Shown: positions 48,455-59,015 of the stretch, in pieces
How the letters are laid out: each line of letters starts with the position of its first letter
How positions within the stretch are numbered: the stretch's first letter is position 1
Source: a candidate division FCPU426 bacterium
GTDB taxonomy: Bacteria > Oederibacteriota > JAAXVQ01 > JAUVAV01
Direction: 5' to 3'
Assembly (NCBI GenBank): GCA_040756875.1
Contig: JBFLYH010000002.1
Span: forward strand, 286,526 to 350,525
DNA: 64,000 nt
Notes under the pieces: generated by a model
What the model was told of the DNA's origin: nothing
Databases searched by the model: none
The model's input: the letters and a program-made list of their open reading frames with translations, nothing else
Program-made: the position numbers and the translations under genes

Positions 48455-49642
48455 CTAAGTATCGGCAGTCCCCGGCTGGGCCGAGGGCCTTTTTTTCTCC
48501 GTTAGTTGGCGGTAAATTTCCAGCAATTCCCCGGCCTTGGCCGCGGCGGAATACTGTATGACCTGGGCCTTGGCCTCGGCCTGTTTGGCCGCGTACCAGG
48601 CGGGATCGGACAGCAACCGCTCCACGGCCGCGGCAAAAGCCGCCGGCTGGTTCGGCACCAGTTCTCCGCCGCCGTGTTTCAGCGCTTCGCGCGCGCCCAT
48701 GGCGCCCACGGCCACGCACGGCTTGCCCGCGGCCATGGCTTCGTTCAGCACCAGGCCCTGCGTTTCGGTTTTCGAGGAGAGCACGAACACATCCGCGGCG
48801 GCGTAAAGATCCAGCCTGCCCTGGCCCCGCACGTATCCCGCGAAAACCACGCGGTCAGCCAAACGACGGCGCCGGACTTCGTCCTGCATGGCCTCGAGGC
48901 CCGGCCCGGAACCGGCCAGCACCAGCCGCAGGCGGGGATGGGCCGGAGCCAGGCGCTCCACCACTTCCAGCAGCAGCTCGAGGTTCTTCTCGCCGGAGAT
49001 CCGCCCCAGGGAGAGCAACACCTGGTCCTGGTCCGAGAGGTTCCAGGCCGCGCGCCCGCGGGCCTGCTGGCCTTTTTGAAACTCCTCCAGATCCACGCCC
49101 GTGGGGATGACCCGGATCGGCGCCGTAACCCGGTAGCGCCGCAGGATCCGCGCCATGGCCCGCGACGGCGTCACCACCAGGTCGTGCCGGTTGCAGAAAG
49201 AACGGGACACGCGCCGCACCAGCCACTGCCCGGTCCGCTGCGGCAGCGGGCGCATGTAATGCTCGACGTAACGGGCGAAATACGTGTGATAGGTATGCAC
49301 CGTGGGCACGCCGTGGCGCCGCGCCCAGCGCAGGAGCATGAGCCCCAGCGAAAAGGGCGTGTGCGTGTGCACCACATCCAGCTTCAGTTCCGGCAGGCGG
49401 CGCAGCAGGAGCAGGGATTTGGGGTGCAGGGGTTTGGCCAGGCGGTCTTCGGGATTGTTGCGCGGCCGGCGGCTGGGAAAGCGCCAGACGTCGGTTTCCT
49501 CGGGTTCCGGGCCGGGAAAAGCGGGCGCGAACACGACCACGCGATGCCCCAGGCGCCGGAATTCGCGGGCAAAGGTGTCCACGGATTGGACCACGCCGTT
49601 GATGCGGGGGGCGAAGGTGTCCGTGGCCAGGCCGATGTTCAT
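48455..49642 (-). CDS. GT4 glycosyltransferase, paralog 1
   Basis: TDTFAPRINGV, HTHTPF, ETQGLVLNEAMAAG. Confidence 0.9.
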   Translation of the reverse strand: MNIGLATDTFAPRINGVVQSVDTFAREFRRLGHRVVVFAPAFPGPEPEETDVWRFPSRRPRNNPEDRLAKPLHPKSLLLLRRLPELKLDVVHTHTPFSLGLMLLRWARRHGVPTVHTYHTYFARYVEHYMRPLPQRTGQWLVRRVSRSFCNRHDLVVTPSRAMARILRRYRVTAPIRVIPTGVDLEEFQKGQQARGRAAWNLSDQDQVLLSLGRISGEKNLELLLEVVERLAPAHPRLRLVLAGSGPGLEAMQDEVRRRRLADRVVFAGYVRGQGRLDLYAAADVFVLSSKTETQGLVLNEAMAAGKPCVAVGAMGAREALKHGGGELVPNQPAAFAAAVERLLSDPAWYAAKQAEAKAQVIQYSAAAKAGELLEIYRQLTEKKRPSAQPGTADT

Positions 49643-51366
49643 ACGGCGGCCGGAGTTTTAAGCGCGTCCGCGATCATGGCCTGGACCCGGCCGCGGATCT
49701 CGGCCCTGGGCACGAGCGAGACTTCGCCGTTGTCGCGCCGCTTGAGTTCGATCAACCCCTCGGCCGCGTGTTTGCCGAAGGTGAGGCGCAGCGGGATACC
49801 GAGCAGGTCCGCGTCCTTGAACTTGACGCCGGCCCGTTCGTCACGGTCGTCGAGCAGCACTTCCACGCCCGCGGCCTTGAGCTCGGCGTACACCTCCTCG
49901 GCCATGGCGCCGGCCTTCGGGTCCTTGGGCGCGATGGGCAGGAGCACGGCCTGCACCGGTGCCAGGGGCATGGGCCAGATAATGCCCTGGTCGTCGTGGT
50001 TCTGCTCAATGGCCGCGGCCGCGATGCGGGACACGCCGATGCCGTAGCAGCCCATTATGCACAAGCGCTCCTGCCCGGCTTCATCCAGGAAGGAAGCCCG
50101 CATGGCCTGCGAATACTTGAGCCCCAGTTTGAACACATGGCCGACTTCGATGCCCCGCTCGATCGACAGTTCGCCGCCGCAGCGGGGGCAGCGGTCGCCG
50201 GCGCGCGCCGTGCGCACGTCCAGCACCCGCGTGGGCTGGTAATCGCGCCCCGGCACGACCCCGGTCGCGTGCATGTCCGCGGCATTGCCGCCGGTCACCA
50301 GGTTGGAGGCTTGGTCCAGGGAATCGTCCTGGATGATTTCAGAGACGCCGGACAGGCCGAACGGCCCGGCAAAGCCCACGGGCGCGCCCGTGGCCTTGCG
50401 GATCTGTTCGGGCGTGGCTAAGGCCAGATCCTGGCAGCCCAGGGCGTTGCGCAGCTTGATTTCGTTCACTTCGCGGTCGCCGCGGATCACCACGGCCACC
50501 AGTTTGTCGTCCGCCGCATACAGGAGGGTCTTGGCCAGGCGCGTCACCGGCACCTTGAGAAAGGCCGCCACCTCCTCCACCGTATGCTGGCCAGGAGTCT
50601 CGACCAGCCGGCGCTCCTCCGGCTTTTCAGGCGCCGAGGGGTCCGGAATTTTGCCCTGCGCTTTTTCCACGTTGGCCGCGTAGGCGCACTGGCCGCAGCT
50701 CGCGATCGCCTCCTCGCCCGTGTCGGCCAGGACCATGAACTCCGAGGAGAAGGAGCCGCCGATGGCGCCCGGGTCCGCCTCCACGGCCTTGAAGCGCAGG
50801 CCGCAGCGCTTGAAAATCCGGTGGTACGTCTCGTACATCCGGGCGTAGGCCGCCTCGGCGCCGGTTTCGTCGCGGTCGAAGGAATAAGCGTCCTTCATCA
50901 GGAACTCCCGGGCCCGCATCACCCCGAAGCGCGGCCGGATTTCGTCCCTGAACTTGGTGTGGATCTGGTAGCAGTTGAGCGGCAGCTGGCGGTAGGATTT
51001 TACGCTGCGGCGGATGAGGTCCGTGATCACCTCTTCGTGCGTGGGGCCGAGCGCGAACAGGCGCTCGTGCCGGTCCTGCACGCGGAACAGCTCCGCGCCG
51101 TATTTGGCCCAGCGGCCGGTTTCCTGCCACAGCTCGGCGGGCGAGAGGATGGGCAGCATGACTTCCACCGCGCCCGCGGCGTCCATTTCCTCGCGCACGA
51201 TCTGCGCGATCTTGCGGACGGTCCGCCAGCCGAGCGGCAGATAGGAGTACAGGCCGGCGGCCAGTTTCTTGATGAGGCCGGCCCGCAGCATCAGCTGGTG
51301 GCTCACCACCTCGGCCTCGGCCGGCACTTCCTTCAGGGTGTCGATCAGGGTTTGGCTCCAACGCAT
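49639..51366 (-). CDS. proS: Prolyl-tRNA synthetase (bacterial type with editing domain)
   Basis: SHQLMLRAG, GPTHEE, FRDEIRPRFG, MGCYGIGVSR. Confidence 0.97.
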   Translation of the reverse strand: MRWSQTLIDTLKEVPAEAEVVSHQLMLRAGLIKKLAAGLYSYLPLGWRTVRKIAQIVREEMDAAGAVEVMLPILSPAELWQETGRWAKYGAELFRVQDRHERLFALGPTHEEVITDLIRRSVKSYRQLPLNCYQIHTKFRDEIRPRFGVMRAREFLMKDAYSFDRDETGAEAAYARMYETYHRIFKRCGLRFKAVEADPGAIGGSFSSEFMVLADTGEEAIASCGQCAYAANVEKAQGKIPDPSAPEKPEERRLVETPGQHTVEEVAAFLKVPVTRLAKTLLYAADDKLVAVVIRGDREVNEIKLRNALGCQDLALATPEQIRKATGAPVGFAGPFGLSGVSEIIQDDSLDQASNLVTGGNAADMHATGVVPGRDYQPTRVLDVRTARAGDRCPRCGGELSIERGIEVGHVFKLGLKYSQAMRASFLDEAGQERLCIMGCYGIGVSRIAAAAIEQNHDDQGIIWPMPLAPVQAVLLPIAPKDPKAGAMAEEVYAELKAAGVEVLLDDRDERAGVKFKDADLLGIPLRLTFGKHAAEGLIELKRRDNGEVSLVPRAEIRGRVQAMIADALKTPAAV

Positions 51367-51491
51367 GGGTCGCAGTTCCTTGGATTGAAAGATGACGCGT
51401 CATCCGCGTTTAAAAAGCGTGGCAATTTTCTCATAAACTCGCGGCCGGGGCAAGCGGCAGAACCTCGCGGCCGGGCGCCGGCTGAGCCGGC

Positions 51492-52673
51492 TTAGTCTTT
51501 CCGGACCGGCGCGGCAAACAGGCGCTTGAGCAGCATGGTGGCGTAGCAGCCGCGCGGCAGGGTGAAGGCAAGGCGCAGGGCCTTGTGCCGGGGATACAGT
51601 TCGTCCGCGAGGGTTTCCGAGGAAACCGCCTCCGGCTTGACGGCCGCCAGGCGCGGTGCGGACTTGAAATACGCCTGGCGCAGGGGAAAACGGCCGAAGT
51701 CCGGCGGCGCGAGCCTGCGCTCGGCCAGCACGTCGGCGTAGATCCGGCCGAGTTCCGCGTCCGGCATGGCTGCCCTGGCGTCGGCCAGCGGCACGTCCAG
51801 GCCCAGCAGGAAGCTGCAGTCTTCCGGCGCGAGCGCGCCGTAAAAGACGTACTCCCCTGCCTTGCCGGTATAGTGCCGCTCGCCCCAGCCCCGCCTTGAC
51901 AGCCAGCGTCGCATGGTTTCGTTCCACACCAGGGACTGGAAGGCGCTCACGGCCAGGGACGCGGTTTCGCGCGAGAGGCGCTGCAAGGCAACGTCCACGT
52001 CCTGGGGCTGTCGCGCGAGCAGCCCGAAGATTTCCCGTTCCCAGCGCGTCTGGGCCAGGGCCAGGCAGGCCGGCCAGTCGCCCCAGGCTTCCCGCAGCTT
52101 GAGCTTCCGTTCCTTGGCGGCCTTGGTGTCTTCCGTGTGGATGCCGGCTGTGAAGATCTTCAGCGCCTCGGAGCGTTCGCCCCGCAGCAGGCGCTCGGCC
52201 GGAGACCCCAGCTCCCGGTCGAACCCGCCGAAACGCTGGTCGTCGAAGTAATTGACGAAGCCCGCGTCAGCCGTGGTTTCCAGCTCGGCCAAGGCGCGCC
52301 GGACGTCGCCGCTGGTCAGGTGGCGGACCGTGACCGCAAAGCGGTTGCCCTGGATCCATTGCGGTCCCATGGGCTGGTCGCTGTAGCCGCGCAATTCAAA
52401 AGTATAATGGGGTTCGGACACGCTGCAGGACCGGCGGTCCTCCACGGTCACCCACTGGCCGGTCAGGCCGTGGCGGTCTTTTTTGCCGCCGTAGGCAAAG
52501 CGGTCATACGGCACCCCGCTGGCCTTGGCGATGCGCTGCAGCGCGTCGGCCGTATTCCAGCCGCGCTTGCTCAGCCAATAGACTGCGAACCGGCCGCGCT
52601 CGGCCAGTGGCAGCGATGCCAGTTCTTCGACCGTAAAATCCTCGGGGCGGCACTTGATTTTGAGTTTTTTCAC
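51492..52673 (-). CDS. truD: tRNA pseudouridine(13) synthase
   Basis: PEDFTVEE, GGKKDRHG, GNRF, NYFDDQRFG, FTLPRGCYAT. Confidence 0.9.
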   Translation of the reverse strand: MKKLKIKCRPEDFTVEELASLPLAERGRFAVYWLSKRGWNTADALQRIAKASGVPYDRFAYGGKKDRHGLTGQWVTVEDRRSCSVSEPHYTFELRGYSDQPMGPQWIQGNRFAVTVRHLTSGDVRRALAELETTADAGFVNYFDDQRFGGFDRELGSPAERLLRGERSEALKIFTAGIHTEDTKAAKERKLKLREAWGDWPACLALAQTRWEREIFGLLARQPQDVDVALQRLSRETASLAVSAFQSLVWNETMRRWLSRRGWGERHYTGKAGEYVFYGALAPEDCSFLLGLDVPLADARAAMPDAELGRIYADVLAERRLAPPDFGRFPLRQAYFKSAPRLAAVKPEAVSSETLADELYPRHKALRLAFTLPRGCYATMLLKRLFAAPVRKD

Positions 52674-52859
52674 GGAGCGTCACCCCGGTTAGAATATCCA
52701 GGAACTTCTTTTCGGCCTAAACGCAGCTTTGGCGGCGGCACGGCGAACGTCCCGCCCCGACGGGTTGGACATTGGGACTCCCTTCGGTCGCAACGTTTTA
52801 CTTTCACTCTTACGAACCACAGGTTCGTGTGAAAGTAGTTGCGGGATGAAAACGGAAAA

Positions 52860-53825
52860 TCAGGGAAGCCACTTGCTGGGCGTGAGTTTGATCAGCAGCA
52901 CTTCCTGGTCTTCGCGGCAGGAAACGCAAGCCAGGGATTCGTCCGGCGCAATGGCCAGGGCCCGGGGGTCCCTGCCCACCTTGAGTTCAGCCAGCAGGGC
53001 GCCGGTGTCCGCGGCCTGTACTAGCAGCCGGTCGGCGGTCAGCACGTACAGCCGCCGGCCGTCGGGACCCAGCGCGAAATCGCGTGCGTCCTTGCCCGCG
53101 GGCCAGCTCAGCCCCGCGGATTGGTACAGCGTGTCCACCACCTGCACCCGGCTCTGGGCCGGGACCGCGTCGCGGCCTTCGCACAGGACCAGCAGGCGGT
53201 TGCCGTCGGCCGGCAGCAGCAGGCGCAGCGGGTTGGGCCATACCGCCACGCGCTTCACCACCTGGCCTTCGCTGAGCTTGACCACGGCCACGTCGTTGCT
53301 CTGCCGGTCAGCCACCCACAGAAAATCCTTGCCCGCCTCGCGCGCCAGGTCCCTGGGCTCCTGGCCGGTCTCGATCGCCGGCAGGGGGTTCAAGCCCGCG
53401 AACGGCAGCAGCCGGTTCGTTTCCGCGCACGCCACCCACAGGGAGCGGGTGTCTGTTTCGTCCCACAGCGCGGAAGGCGCGTCCGGCAGGCGCAAGCGGC
53501 CCACGGCCTTCAAGGCTGGCCGTTGCAGAACCAGCAGACTGCGGCTGCCGGAGTCGAGCACGTACAGCTTGTCCTGCCCCTGGCCGAGCACCAGGCGCAA
53601 GGGGCCGCGGCCGGCTGAAGCTTCCGCGGTCTTGCTGCGACGGCCCAGGTCCCAGGCTTCTACGGTCTGTGCGCCTTCGCAGGCTACGTATAATGTGCGG
53701 CTCGTGTCATCCAGGACCAGGCTGGTGGGATCGGCGTTGGTTTCCAGGCGGCCGTGGCCGCCGCACCCGGTGAGGAGAAACAGAACCGCCGGCCAGGCGG
53801 CGGACCAGGGAGATAGCTTCCGCAT
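52860..53825 (-). CDS. YncE/YVTN beta-propeller lipoprotein
   Basis: Lipobox LLTGC; repeated G..P..L.....LYV blades. Confidence 0.8.
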   Translation of the reverse strand: MRKLSPWSAAWPAVLFLLTGCGGHGRLETNADPTSLVLDDTSRTLYVACEGAQTVEAWDLGRRSKTAEASAGRGPLRLVLGQGQDKLYVLDSGSRSLLVLQRPALKAVGRLRLPDAPSALWDETDTRSLWVACAETNRLLPFAGLNPLPAIETGQEPRDLAREAGKDFLWVADRQSNDVAVVKLSEGQVVKRVAVWPNPLRLLLPADGNRLLVLCEGRDAVPAQSRVQVVDTLYQSAGLSWPAGKDARDFALGPDGRRLYVLTADRLLVQAADTGALLAELKVGRDPRALAIAPDESLACVSCREDQEVLLIKLTPSKWLP

Positions 53826-54919
53826 CAGTGCGTGCCCCTGCCCGGACCCGACGTGCGGATTTTTTTCAATTCCGCCAGCAAAGCCGGTACGGCCTGGGCC
53901 GCGCTGACGCGCCGCAGGGGCTTGCCCTGGGCAAACAGTATAAAGCTGCCGTCCTGCGCACCGGCCAGTCCCGCGTCCGCGTGCCGGGCCTCGCCCGGAC
54001 CGTTGACCACGCAGCCCATGACCGCCACGGTCAGGGGCCGGGGCTCGTCGAGCAGGGCCTGCTCCACTTTTTTCAGGATCCCGAAGAGGTCGCCGGCCGT
54101 GCGGCCGCAGGTCGGGCACGCGATGATGTCCGGCCCGCGCTGGCGCACGCCTGTCGCCGCCAGTATCAGGTTGGCCGCGCGGATTTCGCGCACCGGATCC
54201 GCGGTCAGGGACACACGCAATGTGTCGCCGATGCCCTCCACCAGGAGCGGCGCTAGGCCGGCTGCGGTTTTGATGCTCCCGGCCAGTTCGCCGCCGGCTT
54301 CGGTGATGCCCAGGTGCAGGGGCCAGCGGGTGGTCGCGGCCAGCTGGCGGTAGGCGGCCAGAGAGGCCAGGATATCCGACGCCTTGACCGACAGCACAAT
54401 CTGGCGCAAGCCGGCTTTTTCCAGGGCCAGGGCGTAACGCACCGCGGTTTTGGCCATGAGCCGGCCCAGGGCCGCGGGCGTGGCGGCGCCCTGCCGCCAG
54501 CGTTCGGGCAGCGAACCCGCGTTCACGCCGATGCGCACGGCTACCTTGGCTTTGGCCGCAGCCCGGGCGACGAGGAGCGAACGCTCCAGCCCCAGGTTGC
54601 CGGGATTGATCCGCACCTTGGCCGCGCTCGCGGCAATGGCCGCCAGGGCGAGTTCATGGTCAAAGTGAATGTCCGCGATAACGGGCAGGGGCGAACGGGT
54701 AACGATCCGCGACAGGGCCGCGGCCGCGGCCTTCGTCGGCACGGCCACGCGCACCAGTTCGCAGCCCGCGGCTGCCAGGCGCCTGATCTGCGCCAGGGTG
54801 CGGCCCGCGTCCTCGGTGGGCGTATTGGTCATGGACTGCACCAGCACGGGGGAGCCGTGGCCGAGCACCTGGTTCCCCACCTTCACCAGGCGGGTGACAA
54901 GGCGGGGGGCACGGTTCAA
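53825..54919 (-). CDS. ispG: HMBPP synthase
   Basis: VQSMTNT, ADIHF, RINPGN, HLGITEAG, CPTCGR, MGCVVNGPGE. Confidence 0.96.
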   Translation of the reverse strand: MNRAPRLVTRLVKVGNQVLGHGSPVLVQSMTNTPTEDAGRTLAQIRRLAAAGCELVRVAVPTKAAAAALSRIVTRSPLPVIADIHFDHELALAAIAASAAKVRINPGNLGLERSLLVARAAAKAKVAVRIGVNAGSLPERWRQGAATPAALGRLMAKTAVRYALALEKAGLRQIVLSVKASDILASLAAYRQLAATTRWPLHLGITEAGGELAGSIKTAAGLAPLLVEGIGDTLRVSLTADPVREIRAANLILAATGVRQRGPDIIACPTCGRTAGDLFGILKKVEQALLDEPRPLTVAVMGCVVNGPGEARHADAGLAGAQDGSFILFAQGKPLRRVSAAQAVPALLAELKKIRTSGPGRGTH

Positions 54920-56271
54920 GGAGTGCCTCCCAGGGCGGGCGCCACCAGCTTGTAAATGTCGTTATACGTGGCGAACACCATCAGGGCCACGAGCAGCGCC
55001 AGCCCGATCTGCTGGGACACTTCCTGCACGCGCAGGGACAGCGGCTTGCGCCGGATGCCTTCCAGCAGGAAAAACACCGAGTTGCCGCCGTCCATCACCG
55101 GGATGGGCAGCAGGTTGATGATGCCCAGCATGATGGAGATGCCCGCCAGGAAGAATAAGAAATCCTTGGCGCCGGTGCGCGCCTCCTGGCCGGCCATGCG
55201 CATGATGCTGATCGGCCCGCCCAGGGAATCGCGCGCCGAAATCTGGCCGGTCACCATCTGCCACAGGGAGGACAAAATCATGCGGGTGATGCCCAGGGTC
55301 TGGGTCGCGCCCAGCCCGAACGCCTGGAAAAAGGGATAGCGCACGAGCTGGGTCCGGTCCGAAAACACGAAATTCACGCCGATGACCCCGACTTTGCCCT
55401 CGCCGGGCAGCTGCTGCGCGATGGGCGTGCAGGTCAGTTCAAGCCGGGTCTGGCCCCGCTCGACCGTAAAGCGCGTCGGCTGGCCGGGCCGCGGCCAGAC
55501 CGCCTGCTGAAAATCGTATTTGCTCCACACGGGCTGCCCTTCCACGGCCAGCACGCGGTCTTTTTCCTTGAAGCCCGCCATTTCCGCGGGCGTGCCCACG
55601 TACACGCGGTCAATGAGATTGGAGCCCGCGGCGCCGATGGTGACGCCCAGGCGCAAGCGGCCGGTCTTTTCGTCCCGCTGGGGTGTGAGTTCCAGCGACG
55701 CTTCCTGCCCATGGCGCAGGTAGGTCAAACGCACCGGCTGATTTTCCTGGTCCAGGGCGTTGAGCCGGTCGGAAAACGTCTCCCAGTTGTCCACGGCCTC
55801 GCCGTTTAATGCCGTCAGGATGTCGCCGGCCGCGAGACCTGCGGCCTGGGCCGGCGAACCGGCCTCCACCTGCATGACCTGGGGTTTGGCCAGGGGCGCC
55901 TGAAACCCGATAAAGTACAGCAGGCCCAGCACCAGGACCGCGGTCACCAGGTTGGCCGCCGGCCCGGCGAACAGCACCAGGATGCGGACCCACCACGGCC
56001 GCGAGAAATAATCGCCCTCTTGCGCCTCGCCCACCTGCTTGTCCAGGGCGTCGGTCCCGGCCATGCGCACGTACCCGCCCAGGGGCAGGACCGAGATCAC
56101 GTATTCGGTTTCGCCCCACTTGAAGCCCACCAGCTTGCGGCCGAACCCCAGGGAAAACTTCAGCACGCGGATGCCGGCGGCCTTGGCCACCAGGAAATGT
56201 CCGAGCTCGTGGGCAAAGACCACGATGCCCAGGGCCACCAGGCCGGCAGCCATCATCATCAGGGTTTGCAT
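54916..56271 (-). CDS. rseP: RIP metalloprotease with two PDZ domains
   Basis: HELGH, GGYVRM, NLLPIPVMDGG. Confidence 0.95.
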   Translation of the reverse strand: MQTLMMMAAGLVALGIVVFAHELGHFLVAKAAGIRVLKFSLGFGRKLVGFKWGETEYVISVLPLGGYVRMAGTDALDKQVGEAQEGDYFSRPWWVRILVLFAGPAANLVTAVLVLGLLYFIGFQAPLAKPQVMQVEAGSPAQAAGLAAGDILTALNGEAVDNWETFSDRLNALDQENQPVRLTYLRHGQEASLELTPQRDEKTGRLRLGVTIGAAGSNLIDRVYVGTPAEMAGFKEKDRVLAVEGQPVWSKYDFQQAVWPRPGQPTRFTVERGQTRLELTCTPIAQQLPGEGKVGVIGVNFVFSDRTQLVRYPFFQAFGLGATQTLGITRMILSSLWQMVTGQISARDSLGGPISIMRMAGQEARTGAKDFLFFLAGISIMLGIINLLPIPVMDGGNSVFFLLEGIRRKPLSLRVQEVSQQIGLALLVALMVFATYNDIYKLVAPALGGTP

Positions 56272-57428
56272 GCGATTGCCTCCTCTGCAGCTTGCCGGGC
56301 CCAGGCGTCGGCGGCCAGCGCCGCTTCCAGGGTCAGGGCCCGCGGCGCGGGCCTGCGGGCCAGCACCTGTTTAATGATACGGGGAATGCCGGGAAAGTCA
56401 AGGCGGTGGTCCAGGAAGGCCTGCACCGCCGCTTCGTTGGCCGCGTTCAGCACGGCCGGCGCCGTGCCCCCGGCCCGGCCGGCCTGATAGGCCAGGGCCA
56501 GGCAGGGAAAGCGCCGGGTATCCGGCGGCAGAAACGTCAGCTCGAAACCGCTCTTGAAGTCGAGCGGCGCCACGATCCGCTCCAACCGTTCGGGTTCGGC
56601 CAGCGCGGTCTGGATGGGCAAACGCATGTCCGGGTGCGAAAGCTGGGCCAGCGTGGAGCCGTCGATGAATTCCACCAGAGAGTGGACGATGCTCTGCGGA
56701 TGCACGGCCACCTCGATGCGGTCAAAGGGCACGCCGAACAAATGATGGGCTTCGATGATTTCCAGGCCCTTGTTCATCATGGTGGCCGAATCGATCGTGA
56801 TCTTGGCGCCCATGGACCAGGTGGGATGCCGCAGGGCCTGGGCCACGGTGACGCGCCGCAACCGGGCCTGGGTGTAGCTGCGGAACGGCCCGCCCGAGGC
56901 GGTGAGGATCAAGCGGCGCACCGGCACGCCGGCGTGCCCGCGCAGGCACTGGGCCAGGGCCGCGTGTTCGGAGTCCACGGGCAGGAGCTTCACGCGATGC
57001 TTGCGGACCTCGGCCATGATGGCCGTGCCCGCGGTGACCAGGGTCTCCTTGTTCGCCAGGGCGATGTCCTTGCCCGCGCGGATGGCGTCCAGGGTCGGCA
57101 GCAAGCCGGCCGTGCCCATGAGCGCGGACAGGACCATGTCCGCCGCAGGCCAGGCCGCGGCCTGCCGCAAGCCCTCGGGACCGGCCAACAGCCGGGGCGG
57201 CCGGGCCAGACGGCGCAGGGCCGGCGCGATGCCGCGGGCAGCCGCCGGGTCAGCCAGGGCCACGGCCGCGGGCCGGAAGCGGCGGCACTGTTCGAGCAGC
57301 AGTTTGGCGTTGCGGTTGGCGGCCAGGACCTCGACGCGGAAGCGGCCGGGATGGCGCGCCACCACGTCCAGGGCGGACCGGCCGATGGAACCCGTGGAGC
57401 CGAGCAGGCTCAGGCGTTTGCGTTTCAT
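56259..57428 (-). CDS. dxr: 1-deoxy-D-xylulose-5-phosphate reductoisomerase
   Basis: LGSTGSIG, LANKE, PVDSEH, WSMGAKITIDSATMMNKGLE. Confidence 0.97.
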   Translation of the reverse strand: MKRKRLSLLGSTGSIGRSALDVVARHPGRFRVEVLAANRNAKLLLEQCRRFRPAAVALADPAAARGIAPALRRLARPPRLLAGPEGLRQAAAWPAADMVLSALMGTAGLLPTLDAIRAGKDIALANKETLVTAGTAIMAEVRKHRVKLLPVDSEHAALAQCLRGHAGVPVRRLILTASGGPFRSYTQARLRRVTVAQALRHPTWSMGAKITIDSATMMNKGLEIIEAHHLFGVPFDRIEVAVHPQSIVHSLVEFIDGSTLAQLSHPDMRLPIQTALAEPERLERIVAPLDFKSGFELTFLPPDTRRFPCLALAYQAGRAGGTAPAVLNAANEAAVQAFLDHRLDFPGIPRIIKQVLARRPAPRALTLEAALAADAWARQAAEEAIACKP

Positions 57429-58261
57429 GGAAGCTGCATCAGGCAGGCGATGACGTACAGCACCGGCGCGGTGAACAGCAGGTTGTCGATCTTGTCCAGC
57501 AGGCCGCCGTGGCCGGGAATGAGCTGCGAGGCGTCCTTGGTCCCGGCCCAGCGTTTGACCATGGACTCGACCAAATCCCCGGCCTGGGCCAGCAGGCCCA
57601 GCAGCACGCCCAGGCCGATGATGCCGGCCAGCGAGAATCCCAGGTTGCGGCTCACCCACCAAAAATGAACCGCGACCGCGGCCGCCACGTTGACCAGGAG
57701 GCCGGTCACCAGCCCTTCCACGGTTTTGGCCGGCGAAATGGACGGCGCCAGTTTCGTCCGGCCGAAGAGCATGCCGCCGATCATGGCTCCGCTGTCATAA
57801 AGCCAGTTGAAGCCAAACAGCAGGACGATCCAATGGGGCCCCAGGGGCAGGCGGTGGATGAGGAGCACGAAACTGCCGATGCCCGCGATGATCACCAGGG
57901 TCATGATCGCCACGCTGACGCCGGACACGGTGGAGTCCTGGAAACCGGCGAACACCGCTTTCAGGCTCAGGGTCAGCAGGGCGCCCAGGACCAGCAGCCA
58001 CACCATGGCCGCGGCTTCCCAATTCAGCCCTGCCGCCGGTCCGCCGAACCAGCCGGCGGCCAGGCAGACCAGCGTGGTAAAGGCCACCAGCCAGGCGAAA
58101 TCCACGGACAGCCCCCGCCGCCGGGCCAGGGACCCCAGTTCGACGGCCGCGAGGTTGAATCCCAGCAGGGCCAGCAGGAAAAACGGCAGGCGCCCGGGTA
58201 TATAAATGACCCAGACAAACATGGGCAGGAAAATGGCGGCCACCAGCAGTCGTTTAAGCAT
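57425..58261 (-). CDS. cdsA: Phosphatidate cytidylyltransferase
   Basis: ISPAKTVEG, GDLVESMVKR, IPGHGGLLDKID. Confidence 0.95.
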   Translation of the reverse strand: MLKRLLVAAIFLPMFVWVIYIPGRLPFFLLALLGFNLAAVELGSLARRRGLSVDFAWLVAFTTLVCLAAGWFGGPAAGLNWEAAAMVWLLVLGALLTLSLKAVFAGFQDSTVSGVSVAIMTLVIIAGIGSFVLLIHRLPLGPHWIVLLFGFNWLYDSGAMIGGMLFGRTKLAPSISPAKTVEGLVTGLLVNVAAAVAVHFWWVSRNLGFSLAGIIGLGVLLGLLAQAGDLVESMVKRWAGTKDASQLIPGHGGLLDKIDNLLFTAPVLYVIACLMQLP

Positions 58262-59015
58262 GGCGTTTCACCGTTTGGGGAAGCCTGACCGCCTCCACGC
58301 CGCCGAAGCGGCGCTCCCGGCGCTGGTACTCGGCCAGGGCGGCGACCAGTTCGCGCTCCCCGAAATCAGGCCACAGCACCGGGCTGACCACGATCTCCGC
58401 GTAGGCCAGTTGCCACAGGAGGAAGTTGGAAATGCGGTATTCGCCGGACGTGCGGATCAGCAGGTCCGGGTCCGGAAGGCCGGCGGTGTACAAATGCCGG
58501 CCGAAGGATTCTTCGGTCAGGGGCGTCCGCGCCTTCGCGGCTTTTTTAACCGCGTCCAAAATTTCGCGGCGTCCCCCGTAATTGAAGGCCAGATTGACCT
58601 GCAGACCCTGGTTGTGCGCGGTCGATTTGACGGCCCGGTCGATTTGCGCCAGTACGCGCGGCGGAACGCGGTCCCGCCGGCCCAGGCGCCGCAGCCGCAC
58701 GCCCTGGCGGTTCATCTCCTTCAGTTCGCGGCGCAGGAATTCCAGCAGCAGGTTCATCAGGAAGCTGACCTCGGCAGCCGGCCGTTTCCAGTTTTCCGTG
58801 GAAAAAGCGTAGAGCGTAAGGAAGGGGATGCCCAGTTCCCCGCAGGCGCGGATGACGCGGCGGACCGTGTTCATGCCCGCGCGGTGCCCTTGCACCCGCG
58901 GCAACCCGCGCTGTTTGGCCCAGCGGCCGTTGCCATCCATGATGACGGCGACGTGCTGCGGAAGCCCGGCGGGATCGAGGCCCGCGGCCTGGGGAGTGAG
59001 CTGGGGGGGGTTCAA
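58254..59015 (-). CDS. uppS: Undecaprenyl diphosphate synthase
   Basis: HVAVIMDGNGRW, YAFSTENWKR, IRTSGEYRISNFLLWQ; start position uncertain. Confidence 0.95.
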   Translation of the reverse strand: MNPPQLTPQAAGLDPAGLPQHVAVIMDGNGRWAKQRGLPRVQGHRAGMNTVRRVIRACGELGIPFLTLYAFSTENWKRPAAEVSFLMNLLLEFLRRELKEMNRQGVRLRRLGRRDRVPPRVLAQIDRAVKSTAHNQGLQVNLAFNYGGRREILDAVKKAAKARTPLTEESFGRHLYTAGLPDPDLLIRTSGEYRISNFLLWQLAYAEIVVSPVLWPDFGERELVAALAEYQRRERRFGGVEAVRLPQTVKRHA

